The notes under the pieces are model-generated. The model was not told where the DNA came from and did not search any database. It saw nothing but the letters and a program-made list of their open reading frames with translations. A stretch of DNA of 34,528 bases from a virus (taxonomy: Duplodnaviria; Caudoviricetes): the IMG/VR virus record IMGVR_UViG_3300028030_000037, positions 1-34,528 of that record; one strand, 5' to 3'. The translations under genes were made by a program, and so were the position numbers. Below, piece by piece: positions 20,731 through 28,454 of this stretch (positions are counted from its first letter, which is position 1; the number at the start of each line of letters is the position of its first letter).

Positions 20731-20750
20731 TGTTATTCCTTGTTTGGATT

Positions 20751-20800
20751 GTTTCTGTCTAATTCACCATCTAAAGATTCTGTCTAGTTAGATGTTATGT
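20751..20800 (+). mobile_element. attI-like site
   Basis: GTCTAGT-5 bp-GTTATGT simple site; TTCTGTCTA repeated directly at 20753 and 20778. Confidence 0.65.
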
Positions 20801-21031
20801 GTATTGCACTTTGCCGTTACCATTATCATCCAGAACGTAACGGAATGCGCCCCAGTTCATAGCCATCAATTCGCAGTCGTCATCAAATACCTCCAGGAAA
20901 TTTCGCAATTCTCCGACTGTTGCAGGATGTAGCAATTGGTGATCTGTGTGTATTGGATCACGCCTTTCGCAAATGCAATTAGAGCATCGATATTCGAATT
21001 CTTTATCATTTAATGGGCATTCATGTAACAT
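20795..21031 (-). CDS. Cassette-borne Cys-containing hypothetical protein
   Basis: 78 aa; stop lies in the att core; cassette ends GTTATGTGT/ACACATAAC are complementary. Confidence 0.8.
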   Translation of the reverse strand: MLHECPLNDKEFEYRCSNCICERRDPIHTDHQLLHPATVGELRNFLEVFDDDCELMAMNWGAFRYVLDDNGNGKVQYT

Positions 21032-21067
21032 ATTTCACCTATAAATTGTCGAGTAGTGATTTCAAAC

Positions 21068-21128
21068 ACATAACAATCAATTTCAACGGAGCGCAAAAAC
21101 CGCGCCCGCTGAATAATGGTCGTTATAA
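21068..21128 (+). mobile_element. attC-like site
   Basis: ACATAAC...GTTATAA with an internal hairpin (CGG-A-GCGC/GCGC-CCG). Confidence 0.8.
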
Positions 21129-21335
21129 TTTCAATAACCACAAATTAGCCATCCTTCGTCCAGCATTAGTTTTCTTCTGCTCGACCGGCTCAGACTCTTT
21201 CCCAACTCGCCATTGATCAATATAGCCTTTAAATATCTTGCTATGATCTGATGGGTTAAAGCGATTAAGCTGGTCATAGATAAATTCTCTATCTTCACGC
21301 TGTGGAAGCTTGTTTATGGCGTCTGTTAGGTTCAT
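21123..21335 (-). CDS. Hypothetical phage protein
   Basis: 70 aa coupled to ssb; C-terminal N.GRR.AN.WL motif. Confidence 0.75.
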   Translation of the reverse strand: MNLTDAINKLPQREDREFIYDQLNRFNPSDHSKIFKGYIDQWRVGKESEPVEQKKTNAGRRMANLWLLKL

Positions 21336-21772
21336 TAAAATGGTAGTTTGTCGAATCCTTCATTAGCAGGTGGCGCATCATTCTGGTTTTGAGCTGGCAC
21401 AGGTTCTTGCTGCTGATTTGTTTGACCGTTGTTTGACTGGCTACTACCGAGCATTTGCATTTCATGTGCAACAATCTGAGTTGAATAACGATCCTGTCCG
21501 TCTTGGCCTTGATATTTGTTTGTCTGAATCTTTCCCTCGAAGTAAGCTTGCTGTCCTTTCTTCAAATACTGAGCAGCAATCTCGCCTAACTTTCCGAACA
21601 TAACGACACGATGCCATTCAGTTTTCTCTACCTTTTCTCCAGTATTCTTGTCTTTCCATGATTCACTGGTCGCTATAGAGACTGTGCAAATAGCTGATCC
21701 ACTCGATGAATATTTAACGTCAGGGTCTTGCCCTAATGTTCCGACAATAATGGCCTTATTAACGCCTTTCAT
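21335..21772 (-). CDS. ssb: Single-stranded DNA-binding protein
   Basis: [31 protein letters not shown] and acidic tail DKLPF. Confidence 0.97.
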   Translation of the reverse strand: MKGVNKAIIVGTLGQDPDVKYSSSGSAICTVSIATSESWKDKNTGEKVEKTEWHRVVMFGKLGEIAAQYLKKGQQAYFEGKIQTNKYQGQDGQDRYSTQIVAHEMQMLGSSQSNNGQTNQQQEPVPAQNQNDAPPANEGFDKLPF

Positions 21773-22168
21773 TTACATTAAACTCCTAATCTGTTTTTGA
21801 AGGTAATAAAATCTTTTTCTGTGCTGCAATAATTTATCTTGTTCTTTATCCGTCAACTTGCCTGCCTGCTCGTACATCATAATAATCCCATGCACTTCCT
21901 TTGCCTCGACTGATAGCTTTTCCAGTCTCCATTTGTCTTTGTCGAACTCTGACTGATTATCAAAGTACAGGTCTTTAACCTGCATCCCAACTGACAAACA
22001 AATGTCATCAATAGAGCAGCCAGCAAAGCAATGTAAACTAATCTTAACCTGGTTGGCAGAAATCATTAGCGAAGGTCGTCCATCTTCATGGGCTGGGCAT
22101 CTAGCCATGTACTTCCCGTTATGTAACTGTTTAACTTTTTCCAGCCGATCAAGGAAACTGTCGATCAT
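21773..22168 (-). CDS. Primase-type zinc-binding (CHC2-like) domain protein
   Basis: ARCPAHED..PSL...LHCFAGC; no catalytic domain follows; ATG at 22168 overlaps the upstream TGA. Confidence 0.8.
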   Translation of the reverse strand: MIDSFLDRLEKVKQLHNGKYMARCPAHEDGRPSLMISANQVKISLHCFAGCSIDDICLSVGMQVKDLYFDNQSEFDKDKWRLEKLSVEAKEVHGIIMMYEQAGKLTDKEQDKLLQHRKRFYYLQKQIRSLM

Positions 22169-22539
22169 ACCATCTTCCGTCCTATCCAAACATCAATCGG
22201 CGACAGCTTCACCTCTACCAGCTTAGGCCGTGACTTAGAATAATGCCTGCGCATCTTCATGCAATGAGGATCAACACAACTTACCCGACGATCATAGACA
22301 AACTGAGTCTCAAGCCGTCCATTGTCTTTACGCTGGCGCTCAATTCTCTTTCCGCATTCTGGGCAGTCTTTATAAACAAAGTTTCTTTCGGCTTCTGCAT
22401 CCAGATATGCCTGCCTGCAAGCGTTATCGCAGAACTTGCGGTTTTTGTAAATAATCGAGCTTTCTTTGCCGCCAGATGGAAATACTTTCCGAACTATCGG
22501 CTTGTCGCAGTTTAAGCAATTTCCTTGTTTGTCTGCCAT
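22165..22539 (-). CDS. Cys-rich zinc-finger repeat protein
   Basis: Two CxxCxK.I.R...R..C...C units. Confidence 0.7.
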   Translation of the reverse strand: MADKQGNCLNCDKPIVRKVFPSGGKESSIIYKNRKFCDNACRQAYLDAEAERNFVYKDCPECGKRIERQRKDNGRLETQFVYDRRVSCVDPHCMKMRRHYSKSRPKLVEVKLSPIDVWIGRKMV

Positions 22540-22589
22540 GTTTCTGTCTAATTCTTGATTTAAAGATTCGGCCTAGTCGGATGTTAGCC
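22540..22589 (+). mobile_element. attI-like site
   Basis: GTTTCTGTCTAATTC identical to 20751-20765; GCCTAGT-5 bp-GTTAGCC. Confidence 0.65.
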
Positions 22590-22623
22590 GCACATAGCTA
22601 AAACCTGTGCGGCGAAAAGAAAT

Positions 22624-22893
22624 TCAAAATAATAATTCATTAAGCCGTGAAATACGCTTACGGGCGTCTTCCGTTTTTTCCATAATAGCTCCGGCACCGC
22701 CATCTAGGATGTCTCTAAGAGTAGGAAGCGACTCTTTTTCTTTTGCGAATTCATGATCTGTTGGTGACGGCCCTTCGATTCTGTGTATTAGATCATCGAG
22801 TTGTTGTGAAATAGTGCCAATTTGTTGAATGGCATCATGTATTTCGATGTGTTTTTCTCTTCTTATTGCTTCGTTGCTAATTTGTTCAATCAT
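22624..22893 (-). CDS. Cassette-borne coiled-coil hypothetical protein
   Basis: 89 aa; cassette ends GTTAGCCGC/GCGGCTAAC. Confidence 0.8.
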   Translation of the reverse strand: MIEQISNEAIRREKHIEIHDAIQQIGTISQQLDDLIHRIEGPSPTDHEFAKEKESLPTLRDILDGGAGAIMEKTEDARKRISRLNELLF

Positions 22894-22919
22894 AATTATA
22901 CCTTTACTTTAATTGCAGC

Positions 22920-22988
22920 GGCTAACAAGTCATTTCACAGGACAGCGTTCCGCTGCGCTCCACTTGCCTGTAAATTCGGTCGTTAGCT
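22920..22988 (+). mobile_element. attC-like site
   Basis: GGCTAAC-AAGTC-ATTT[C]ACAGG...CCTGTAAAT-TCGGTC-GTTAGCT: 5/6-nt spacers and an unpaired base in L'' as in canonical attC. Confidence 0.88.
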
Positions 22989-23219
22989 AGTAATATCCCC
23001 AAAAGGTCTAAATATCTTATAGTGGCCTTTTTTATTTCTGGTTACTAATTTCTGTTTAACCATTTCTTTGCATACCGGAGAGCCAACTGAGCTGTGACCA
23101 CCATTTATTACCCGTCCAATCTCGGTTGGTGAAATCCAATCTCTACCCTCCCGCTGAGAAACACCATTCATGTATCGAATTGCTATATCTATTTTTTCTT
23201 GCATTTTCATTAAAATCAC
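22983..23219 (-). CDS. Cassette-borne winged-helix-like protein
   Basis: ISPTEIG...S.VCKEMV..KLVTR..KGHY; cassette ends GTTAGCTAG/CTAGCTAAC. Confidence 0.7.
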   Translation of the reverse strand: MILMKMQEKIDIAIRYMNGVSQREGRDWISPTEIGRVINGGHSSVGSPVCKEMVKQKLVTRNKKGHYKIFRPFGDITS

Positions 23220-23237
23220 CTATCTCGTTTAAATTCT

Positions 23238-23300
23238 AGCTAACAATACGCACCAGCGGAGCGCTAAAACCGCGCTCGCTGTTGTGCTCGGTCGTTATAC
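23238..23300 (+). mobile_element. attC-like site
   Basis: AGCTAAC-AATAC-GCACCAGCG...GTGC-TCGGTC-GTTATAC; homologous to the 27398 site. Confidence 0.85.
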
Positions 23301-23359
23301 ATTCAAAATACTCTCAACAATCTCCGGCACTTTAGCAACTACTCTATCATCCCGGTTGA

Positions 23360-24124
23360 TCATTTCTTACTTAAAATATCTGCCAGAATATTCTTGTATT
23401 GCCTTTTAGCACCTACTGGAATATCCGAGCCAAACATATTAATCACAGCAATATATTCATCGTTTGACAACCGCTTATACGCCTCATGGTACTTATCATA
23501 ATCTTCTGAATCAGAATCAATAAGACTTCTGAAATAAGCGTTGGCTTTTTGAATCTTTTTAACATCAAGCAACTCACCAGAAGTCTCACCAATAAGAATT
23601 GGTACTCTATTCCACTGAAACCGAACACGTCCGTTATAATCAGTTGCCTTAAGACTATCTAGTAAGCCGTCTTTAAAAGATGATTCCCAGCGCCACAAAT
23701 CAAGACGCAATTCCCATGATTGATGAAACTTGCCATTACGCTCTTGATACTCATTTTTGAACAATTTAACAGAGATTCGCGGGTAATCGTAAAGCTCAAG
23801 ACCGATCCCCCAGTTAAAACAGGCTCTCTTGAATGAATCGGATGCTAGACCTTTCTGAGCTTCAGCCATTGACTCTGTACCTGTATCCTCCTTAGAAACC
23901 CAATGCTTTCTATCTTCGTTCCAGATAGAAACTGTGCAATTGTGGTTATCCCTCGAATGCTCACGCTTCCATCCAAGTTGACCGCAAATATCATTAAGCC
24001 GATTAATGTCAACCCTGGCATCCTTGTACGCAAGGATAGTCGCATACCCGCCGTTATTGATAGACTGAATGCGGAAGTCTATTTGGTCGATTGTAAGCGG
24101 TTTAGTTAGATTCTTGATATCCAT
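23360..24124 (-). CDS. Rad52/Rad22-family (Sak-like) single-strand annealing protein
   Basis: AYKDARVD..RL, CTVSIW, WVSKEDTGTES and KG.ASDSFKRACFNWGIG motifs; likely start MDIKNL at 24124. Confidence 0.85.
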   Translation of the reverse strand: MDIKNLTKPLTIDQIDFRIQSINNGGYATILAYKDARVDINRLNDICGQLGWKREHSRDNHNCTVSIWNEDRKHWVSKEDTGTESMAEAQKGLASDSFKRACFNWGIGLELYDYPRISVKLFKNEYQERNGKFHQSWELRLDLWRWESSFKDGLLDSLKATDYNGRVRFQWNRVPILIGETSGELLDVKKIQKANAYFRSLIDSDSEDYDKYHEAYKRLSNDEYIAVINMFGSDIPVGAKRQYKNILADILSKK

Positions 24125-24205
24125 CTTCTTCCTCACTATACTCTGGTTCTGGTAACGCTTCGTCTGTTTCCGGTACATTCTCTAAGTACCACTCGCCCAT
24201 CTTGC

Positions 24206-24379
24206 TCACTTCTCACCTCGTCTATCGCGTCGATACGCTTCTACTTTTAGTTTGCACTGGTGGTTGTTCTTGCTGATCTCCACCATTCGATTATAAGCTG
24301 CTGTAAACTCAAGGTAATCATCGTCGATGATAACCATAGCTGGCAGCTTTACTATTCTCCATCTGTCGGGTCTGCTCAT
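24206..24379 (-). CDS. Small hypothetical protein (57 aa, not in ORF track)
   Basis: MSRPDRWRIVKLP...; AGGA RBS; fits the tightly packed leftward operon. Confidence 0.55.
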   Translation of the reverse strand: MSRPDRWRIVKLPAMVIIDDDYLEFTAAYNRMVEISKNNHQCKLKVEAYRRDRRGEK

Positions 24380-24384
24380 TGTTC

Positions 24385-24564
24385 CTACGCCTTAAACATA
24401 TCTATTAAAACATTGATAAACCCGTCGATCTTGTCTATCACGAAATCGCCGAAGCCTTTTTCTTGCCTTGTCTCAGGTATCATCATTTCTTCCTGCTTAC
24501 AATTCTTCTTATAATATTTAAGGTGCGCTATAGCTTCTTTTTCACTTAGTCCGAAGTTACACAT
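24385..24564 (-). CDS. Small hypothetical protein (59 aa, not in ORF track)
   Basis: MCNFGLSEKEAIAHLKYY...; same operon direction. Confidence 0.5.
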   Translation of the reverse strand: MCNFGLSEKEAIAHLKYYKKNCKQEEMMIPETRQEKGFGDFVIDKIDGFINVLIDMFKA

Positions 24565-24586
24565 TCTTTATATCTCGTTTAACATA

Positions 24587-24611
24587 GAATCTGTAGATAC
24601 CACTGTTAGCT
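24587..24611 (+). mobile_element. Weak attI-like site
   Basis: TCTGT-N9-TGTTAGCT, same spacing as the other attI-like sites, but no second repeat. Confidence 0.4.
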
Positions 24612-24902
24612 TTGTAAATCAGTTTCTTTTAAGTTCCTCACGATTTCAAGCATATTGCTAACATTCCGAATATTTTTTTCAGCCACCTCTATTGCTTTTT
24701 TATTATTGTCAAGTTTCTTTGTAAGCAATTCTACGAGCTTCATTCTCGCATCTTCAAAAATATCAAAATACCATTGCCAGTTTGTTTCTTTTCTTTCAGC
24801 TATTTTGTTTTTAAAATAAACTGTTTTTTCTGTTTCCCTTTCAACTTCTACCATTTTTATTTCATTTAAGTTAATAGTATTAACTTTATATTTCGTTATC
24901 AT
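24606..24902 (-). CDS. Probable cassette-borne hypothetical protein
   Basis: 98 aa, AT-rich, stop in the GTTAGCT core. Confidence 0.75.
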   Translation of the reverse strand: MITKYKVNTINLNEIKMVEVERETEKTVYFKNKIAERKETNWQWYFDIFEDARMKLVELLTKKLDNNKKAIEVAEKNIRNVSNMLEIVRNLKETDLQS

Positions 24903-24925
24903 TTCTTTTACCCTGTAAATTAAAG

Positions 24926-24965
24926 AGCTTCACTGCGTTACGCCTTTTTAATTCGGGCGTTAGCT
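24926..24965 (+). mobile_element. Truncated attC-like site (left arm lost)
   Basis: AGCT joined to ...CACTGCGTTACGCC...TTCGGGC-GTTAGCT. Confidence 0.55.
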
Positions 24966-25220
24966 GTCTTTAAACGATTCAATATGCTTGCCGAACTCAT
25001 GGCGTAACGTCTCTAACTGGCTGCGCTTAACCAGCCAATCCCTTACCCGTCCTGGTAGGCTTCTATAGCCTTTGTATGCTAGATTGCCGTCCATATATAA
25101 CCACACCGCTTCCATCTCAACATCATCGCCATCCATATAATATTCAACGGTAATTTGAGCATCGAAAGACTGGCCAAACACTTCAAAATCTTGATAGAAG
25201 TCGTAAGTATGGTAGATCAT
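24960..25220 (-). CDS. Hypothetical protein
   Basis: 86 aa, GGAGG RBS, ATGA coupling. Confidence 0.75.
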   Translation of the reverse strand: MIYHTYDFYQDFEVFGQSFDAQITVEYYMDGDDVEMEAVWLYMDGNLAYKGYRSLPGRVRDWLVKRSQLETLRHEFGKHIESFKDS

Positions 25221-25525
25221 TTTTCAACCTCCGATTTAAGAATCTTTTCTGCAATCTCTCGTGCAGCATCACTCAATGCGAGATCGAATTTGCTGGCCGC
25301 TTCGGAGTAGATAGCGCCATTGAAAGCCTGACGGGTGTATTCTTCCCATGCAGCAACACCTTCGTCGGATAGGTATCCAAGAACATCGTCCCATTTATAC
25401 CCTTTATATTCTTCGCCATTAGCAGTAGCTGTCAGAATATCATCCACCATACTGTTCAGATATTCTTCCTCTAGCTCTGCTTCCTTGCTATATCCACTGT
25501 CAGGGTCTTTTGTTGCGTTATACAT
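25217..25525 (-). CDS. Acidic hypothetical protein, first gene of the leftward operon
   Basis: Likely start MYNATKD at 25525 after GAGGTG. Confidence 0.75.
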   Translation of the reverse strand: MYNATKDPDSGYSKEAELEEEYLNSMVDDILTATANGEEYKGYKWDDVLGYLSDEGVAAWEEYTRQAFNGAIYSEAASKFDLALSDAAREIAEKILKSEVEK

Positions 25526-25554
25526 TTTGTCACCTCTTTTATTTAATTTATGGC

Positions 25555-25586
25555 TTGAAGTATACCACCAAAATGATATAATGCAA
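25555..25586. promoter_or_regulatory. Overlapping oppositely oriented sigma70-like promoters at the junction of the two early arms
   Basis: + strand TTGAAG-16-TATAAT with TG extension; - strand TTGCAT-16-TATACT with TG extension. Confidence 0.55.
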
Positions 25587-25710
25587 GACATAGAAACGAA
25601 AAATTATATAAAAATATTTGAGGTTAGAGATAATGCGCGTTAACATAAACCAACTTCGAGGCCGGCATCCGGTTTTCCAAGTCACCTCCTCACAGGATAT
25701 CCCCTGTATT

Positions 25711-25738
25711 CCCCTCCCGATTTTAGGAGGGGCTTTTT
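25711..25738 (+). terminator. Terminator-like hairpin containing the RBS of the next gene
   Basis: CCCCTCC-loop-GGAGGGG-CTTTTT immediately before ATG 25740. Confidence 0.65.
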
Positions 25739-25739
25739 A

Positions 25740-26033
25740 ATGCCTTCTCGCACCCCAAAACAAAACCGAGCATACTGGAAGTATCTGCGCTCTTTAGCGG
25801 ATGATCTGAATGATGCCGGTATCGACTTTAAAACGTCTGTACGACTTCCTGTGCGGTTTACTGCTGAGAACATGCACGAGTATATGTTCACGCCAGTTAT
25901 GCAGTCTTTATACCCTGAAAAGAAGTCAACGACTGAGCTATCAACTGTAGAGATGCAGGAAGTCTACGATACGTTTAATGCTGCTGTAGGTCAGCGGTTT
26001 GGAGTTAGCCGTAACTGGCCTAGTAATAGATAA
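25740..26033 (+). CDS. NinB/Orf-like recombination protein
   Basis: RT.KQN..YW and STT.LS..EM motifs. Confidence 0.65.
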   Translation: MPSRTPKQNRAYWKYLRSLADDLNDAGIDFKTSVRLPVRFTAENMHEYMFTPVMQSLYPEKKSTTELSTVEMQEVYDTFNAAVGQRFGVSRNWPSNR

Positions 26034-26101
26034 CGATTGAGCGTACTTGAAATTTATGGAGCGAAGCGGAATAAAATTTCCAGTAGCGCGACTTGTTAGC
26101 A
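26028..26101 (-). mobile_element. attC-like site
   Basis: Minus strand TGCTAAC-AAGTC-GCG[C]TACT...AGTACGC-TCAATC-GTTATCT. Confidence 0.85.
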
Positions 26102-26111
26102 AGATTTTAAT

Positions 26112-26359
26112 TTAGACGCTCTGCCGCTGCGGACACCGAAGATGGCAACACCGGCAACAGAGCTGAGCTGAGGGAAACAAGACGCGAAACCCATTGGATG
26201 CACAAGTAGCGATACGCGCCCGAATAGAACCGGGACTCCCGTTAGGCGGGGATAGCGAAAAATGCGGCAGGATGGGCAATTTGACTGTGACAGGTAATGC
26301 TGGCGACGAGCTTGACCGAATCAGAGGCGGTAACTAGGTTTACCGGGCAGAGCGTCTAA
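26112..26359 (+). ncRNA. Candidate structured ncRNA inside a cassette
   Basis: Perfect 14-bp inverted repeat TTAGACGCTCTGCC/GGCAGAGCGTCTAA around ~220 nt with no ORF of 60 aa or more; strand inferred from the operon. Confidence 0.5.
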
Positions 26360-26376
26360 CTTAGGAGAGAGCAAAT

Positions 26377-26517
26377 ATGAAAGAATTAGCCAAGAAAATA
26401 CTATGCTTGATTCGTCCACTAAAACCGTGCCGGGTTGATGATTGCTATGTGTACACTGCCCGCAGAGACAAAAACGGGCAGCCTTACTGCTCGGTTTGCA
26501 GAGATGAATCTTGCTAA
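26377..26517 (+). CDS. Small Cys-rich protein (46 aa, not in ORF track)
   Basis: AGGAG RBS; MKELAKKILCLIRPLKPCRVDDCYVY...YCSVCRDESC; stop in the att core. Confidence 0.7.
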   Translation: MKELAKKILCLIRPLKPCRVDDCYVYTARRDKNGQPYCSVCRDESC

Positions 26518-26599
26518 CTGACAGAGTTTAACGGGCGCATAGATATTGAGCTACGGAGCACGCTGGTTTAGCGCTCCGTTTTAGAACGCATTATTATAT
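26512..26599 (-). mobile_element. Degenerate attC-like site
   Basis: + strand TGCTAAC...ATTATAT (core G replaced by A); internal ACGGAGC/GCTCCGT stem. Confidence 0.6.
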
Positions 26600-26624
26600 T
26601 ACGATATTTTACGAGGAGTACAAA

Positions 26625-26843
26625 ATGAAAGATATTCTTACTGTTGTTTTTGGTGGTGTTGCGATTTCCGTACTAATAATCGCTCTGTTTTTAATTGGGC
26701 CTATTCTAGTTTTATGGGTGATCAACAGCCTTGCAGAGGCTGGCGGATTATCATTTTATATAGAGCACAATATGTGGAATTACTGGGTTGCTTTTATTCT
26801 ACTACTGTTAGTCAGGGGTGGCTCAAGTAGTAGCCGTAAGTAA
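26625..26843 (+). CDS. Cassette-borne small membrane protein (two hydrophobic helices)
   Basis: 72 aa, GAGGAG RBS. Confidence 0.8.
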   Translation: MKDILTVVFGGVAISVLIIALFLIGPILVLWVINSLAEAGGLSFYIEHNMWNYWVAFILLLLVRGGSSSSRK

Positions 26844-26914
26844 TATAACGCCAGAGCTGTGCTGACGACACGAAGCGCAGCGTAGTGGTGGTCAGAACGA
26901 GCGAATTGTTATAA
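26843..26914 (-). mobile_element. attC-like site
   Basis: Minus strand TTATAAC-AATTC-GCT[C]GTTC...GCACAGC-TCTGGC-GTTATAT. Confidence 0.85.
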
Positions 26915-26932
26915 CTACGTTTGGTAAGAATT

Positions 26933-27391
26933 ATGGGATATGCAGAAAATACAAGTGTAAGCACAGAAAAAAGTAGGGCTGAAATTGAACGAACTTTGCA
27001 GAGATACAATGCCGACCAGTTTATGTATGGCTGGGATGCGGATAAAGCTGTGGTGGGTTTTCGTATGGCCGGAAGACAGATTCGTTTCTTGCTGCCAATT
27101 CCAGACAAAGAAGATTGCCGGTTTACCCATACACCAACTGGCAAGGTACGAAAGCAGAACGCCGCATACAACGAATGGGAGCAAGCCTGCCGCCAAAAAT
27201 GGCGAGCACTGAGTCTTGTTATTAAAGCAAAACTGGAAGCTGTTGAAGCTGGTATTGCAATATTTGAAGATGAATTTATGGCAAACATCGTGCTACCGAA
27301 CGGTGATACAGTAAGCCAATTCATGCTGCCGCAGATCGCCGCAGCGTATGACCAGGGCGAAATGCCGAAGATGCTGCCAGATTTACGGTAG
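26933..27391 (+). CDS. Cassette-borne conserved phage hypothetical protein
   Basis: YA..T.VS..KS..EI...L and WRAL.L.IKAKLEAVE.GI..FE.EF motifs; cassette ends GTTATAACTAC/GTAGTTATAAC. Confidence 0.85.
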   Translation: MGYAENTSVSTEKSRAEIERTLQRYNADQFMYGWDADKAVVGFRMAGRQIRFLLPIPDKEDCRFTHTPTGKVRKQNAAYNEWEQACRQKWRALSLVIKAKLEAVEAGIAIFEDEFMANIVLPNGDTVSQFMLPQIAAAYDQGEMPKMLPDLR

Positions 27392-27397
27392 TAGTAG

Positions 27398-27457
27398 TTA
27401 TAACGACCCAGCACAGCGAGCGCGGTTTTAGCGCTCTGCTGGTACGTATTGTTATAA
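27398..27457 (-). mobile_element. attC-like site
   Basis: Minus strand TTATAAC-AATAC-GTAC[C]AGC...GCTGTGC-TGGGTC-GTTATAA. Confidence 0.85.
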
Positions 27458-27478
27458 CGATTTTAATTTGGAGAAACT

Positions 27479-27781
27479 ATGAGTTTATTTCAGTGTGAAA
27501 TCTGTGGATGTGTAGAGAATACAGCCACATCATCTCAAGGCTGTACAGGCGGAATGGAACGACTTTTCGACTGGACGGGCTTAGAAGATTTAAAAGGGAA
27601 AAAACTTTGTAGTGTTTGCGCGCCAAGAATTTATCGTGACGGTACGAGCACATGGTTTGGGAGGTGGCATGGAGAGTTTAAGCGAACGTTTTTACCGAAG
27701 GGAAAATTTAAAACAAACAGGCAAGGTAACCTTGAACACATTGAAACAGGTGAAACAGATTACAGAAAATATGCAATCTGA
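27479..27781 (+). CDS. Cassette-borne Cys-rich hypothetical protein
   Basis: MSLFQCEICGCVENTA...LCSVC...WH..F; cassette ends GTTATAACGA/TCGTTATAAC. Confidence 0.85.
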   Translation: MSLFQCEICGCVENTATSSQGCTGGMERLFDWTGLEDLKGKKLCSVCAPRIYRDGTSTWFGRWHGEFKRTFLPKGKFKTNRQGNLEHIETGETDYRKYAI

Positions 27782-27786
27782 TTTCG

Positions 27787-27856
27787 TTATAACGACCAGA
27801 GCGAAGCGGCGAGCGCAGCGAGTCCGAGCGATAGCGACTTGCGCGTATTGTTATGT
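27787..27856 (-). mobile_element. attC-like site
   Basis: Near-identical to 31299-31368; TAAC...GTTAT ends with GCG[C]AAG/CTTCGC arm. Confidence 0.85.
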
Positions 27857-27878
27857 GTATATTTTTGGAGATTAGGAA

Positions 27879-28148
27879 ATGACTAATTTTATTGGCTTAG
27901 TTTCTGAGTTAGCTGGACGCAATGACATATCAATGAAACCAGAAAAAGAGATTGATTTTGGAAATCTGAATATAGAAATGCTTGACAAACAAGCTCGCCG
28001 GTTAGCAGATAATGAAGTTTTCGTTTTTATTGATGGAGAAGAGTCAGAAAGTGACGAAATCACAGAAAAGCATGGCCTTGAAGAACTCAATAGAGTATTA
28101 AACAGAATTTTTGATGGTGAACTGTATGAAAAATTTTATTACACATAA
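27879..28148 (+). CDS. Cassette-borne acidic hypothetical protein
   Basis: 89 aa; cassette ends GTTATGTGTA/TACACATAAC. Confidence 0.8.
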   Translation: MTNFIGLVSELAGRNDISMKPEKEIDFGNLNIEMLDKQARRLADNEVFVFIDGEESESDEITEKHGLEELNRVLNRIFDGELYEKFYYT

Positions 28149-28192
28149 CATCTGGTTATACCGAATCACAAAATAGTGAAATAGACAGAAAC
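28143..28192 (-). mobile_element. attI-like site
   Basis: Minus strand GTTTCTGTCTA...GATTCG-GTATAAC-CAGAT-GTTATGT. Confidence 0.65.
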
Positions 28193-28211
28193 TACCTATC
28201 TAGGATATAAA

Positions 28212-28454
28212 ATGCCAAAATGGAACAAACCAGAAACAGCGCCTAGAAACGGCCATCTGGTCTTTGCCAACTTAGGATGGCCGTGGCCTATTACCGCCTG
28301 CTGGAACGAATACGAGCATAGATGGGTTTATGCTATGGCTCAGTTAAACATAGTGGATAGGCAGGAAGACCCATATTTTGAAAACGAGTATGCGGAAGAT
28401 AGCGAGCTATTGGGCTGGTTGCCGCTTCCAGATGTTAACGAGGTGAAGAAGTGA
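28212..28454 (+). CDS. DUF551-like phage protein
   Basis: W..PETAPRNG at the N-terminus and W.PLP at the C-terminus. Confidence 0.7.
   Translation: MPKWNKPETAPRNGHLVFANLGWPWPITACWNEYEHRWVYAMAQLNIVDRQEDPYFENEYAEDSELLGWLPLPDVNEVKK

Noticed and set aside
23295-23363. 22-codon ORF after the Sak-like gene as a remnant of a YqaJ-type exonuclease
   Set aside because: Translationally coupled and in a plausible position, but too short to assign
26112-26359. Retron msr-msd or DGR element
   Set aside because: The closing inverted repeat resembles retron a1/a2, but no reverse transcriptase is present and I saw no TR/VR pair
26812-27414. 200-aa minus-strand ORF and other overlapping ORFs in the track (e.g. 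918, 1374, 5423, 7965, 13437, 15034, 24260, 27612, 30538, 31249)
   Set aside because: Shadow or alternate-frame ORFs over better-supported genes; some simply read through attC-like hairpins
28139-28167. Canonical dif site for XerCD integration
   Set aside because: The arms resemble dif but are 7 bp apart, not 6, and the site belongs to a multi-copy family at array ends; kept only as an alternative hypothesis
26028-28192. CRISPR array
   Set aside because: Repeats vary in sequence and length, the intervening units are 250-500 bp genes, and no cas genes are present
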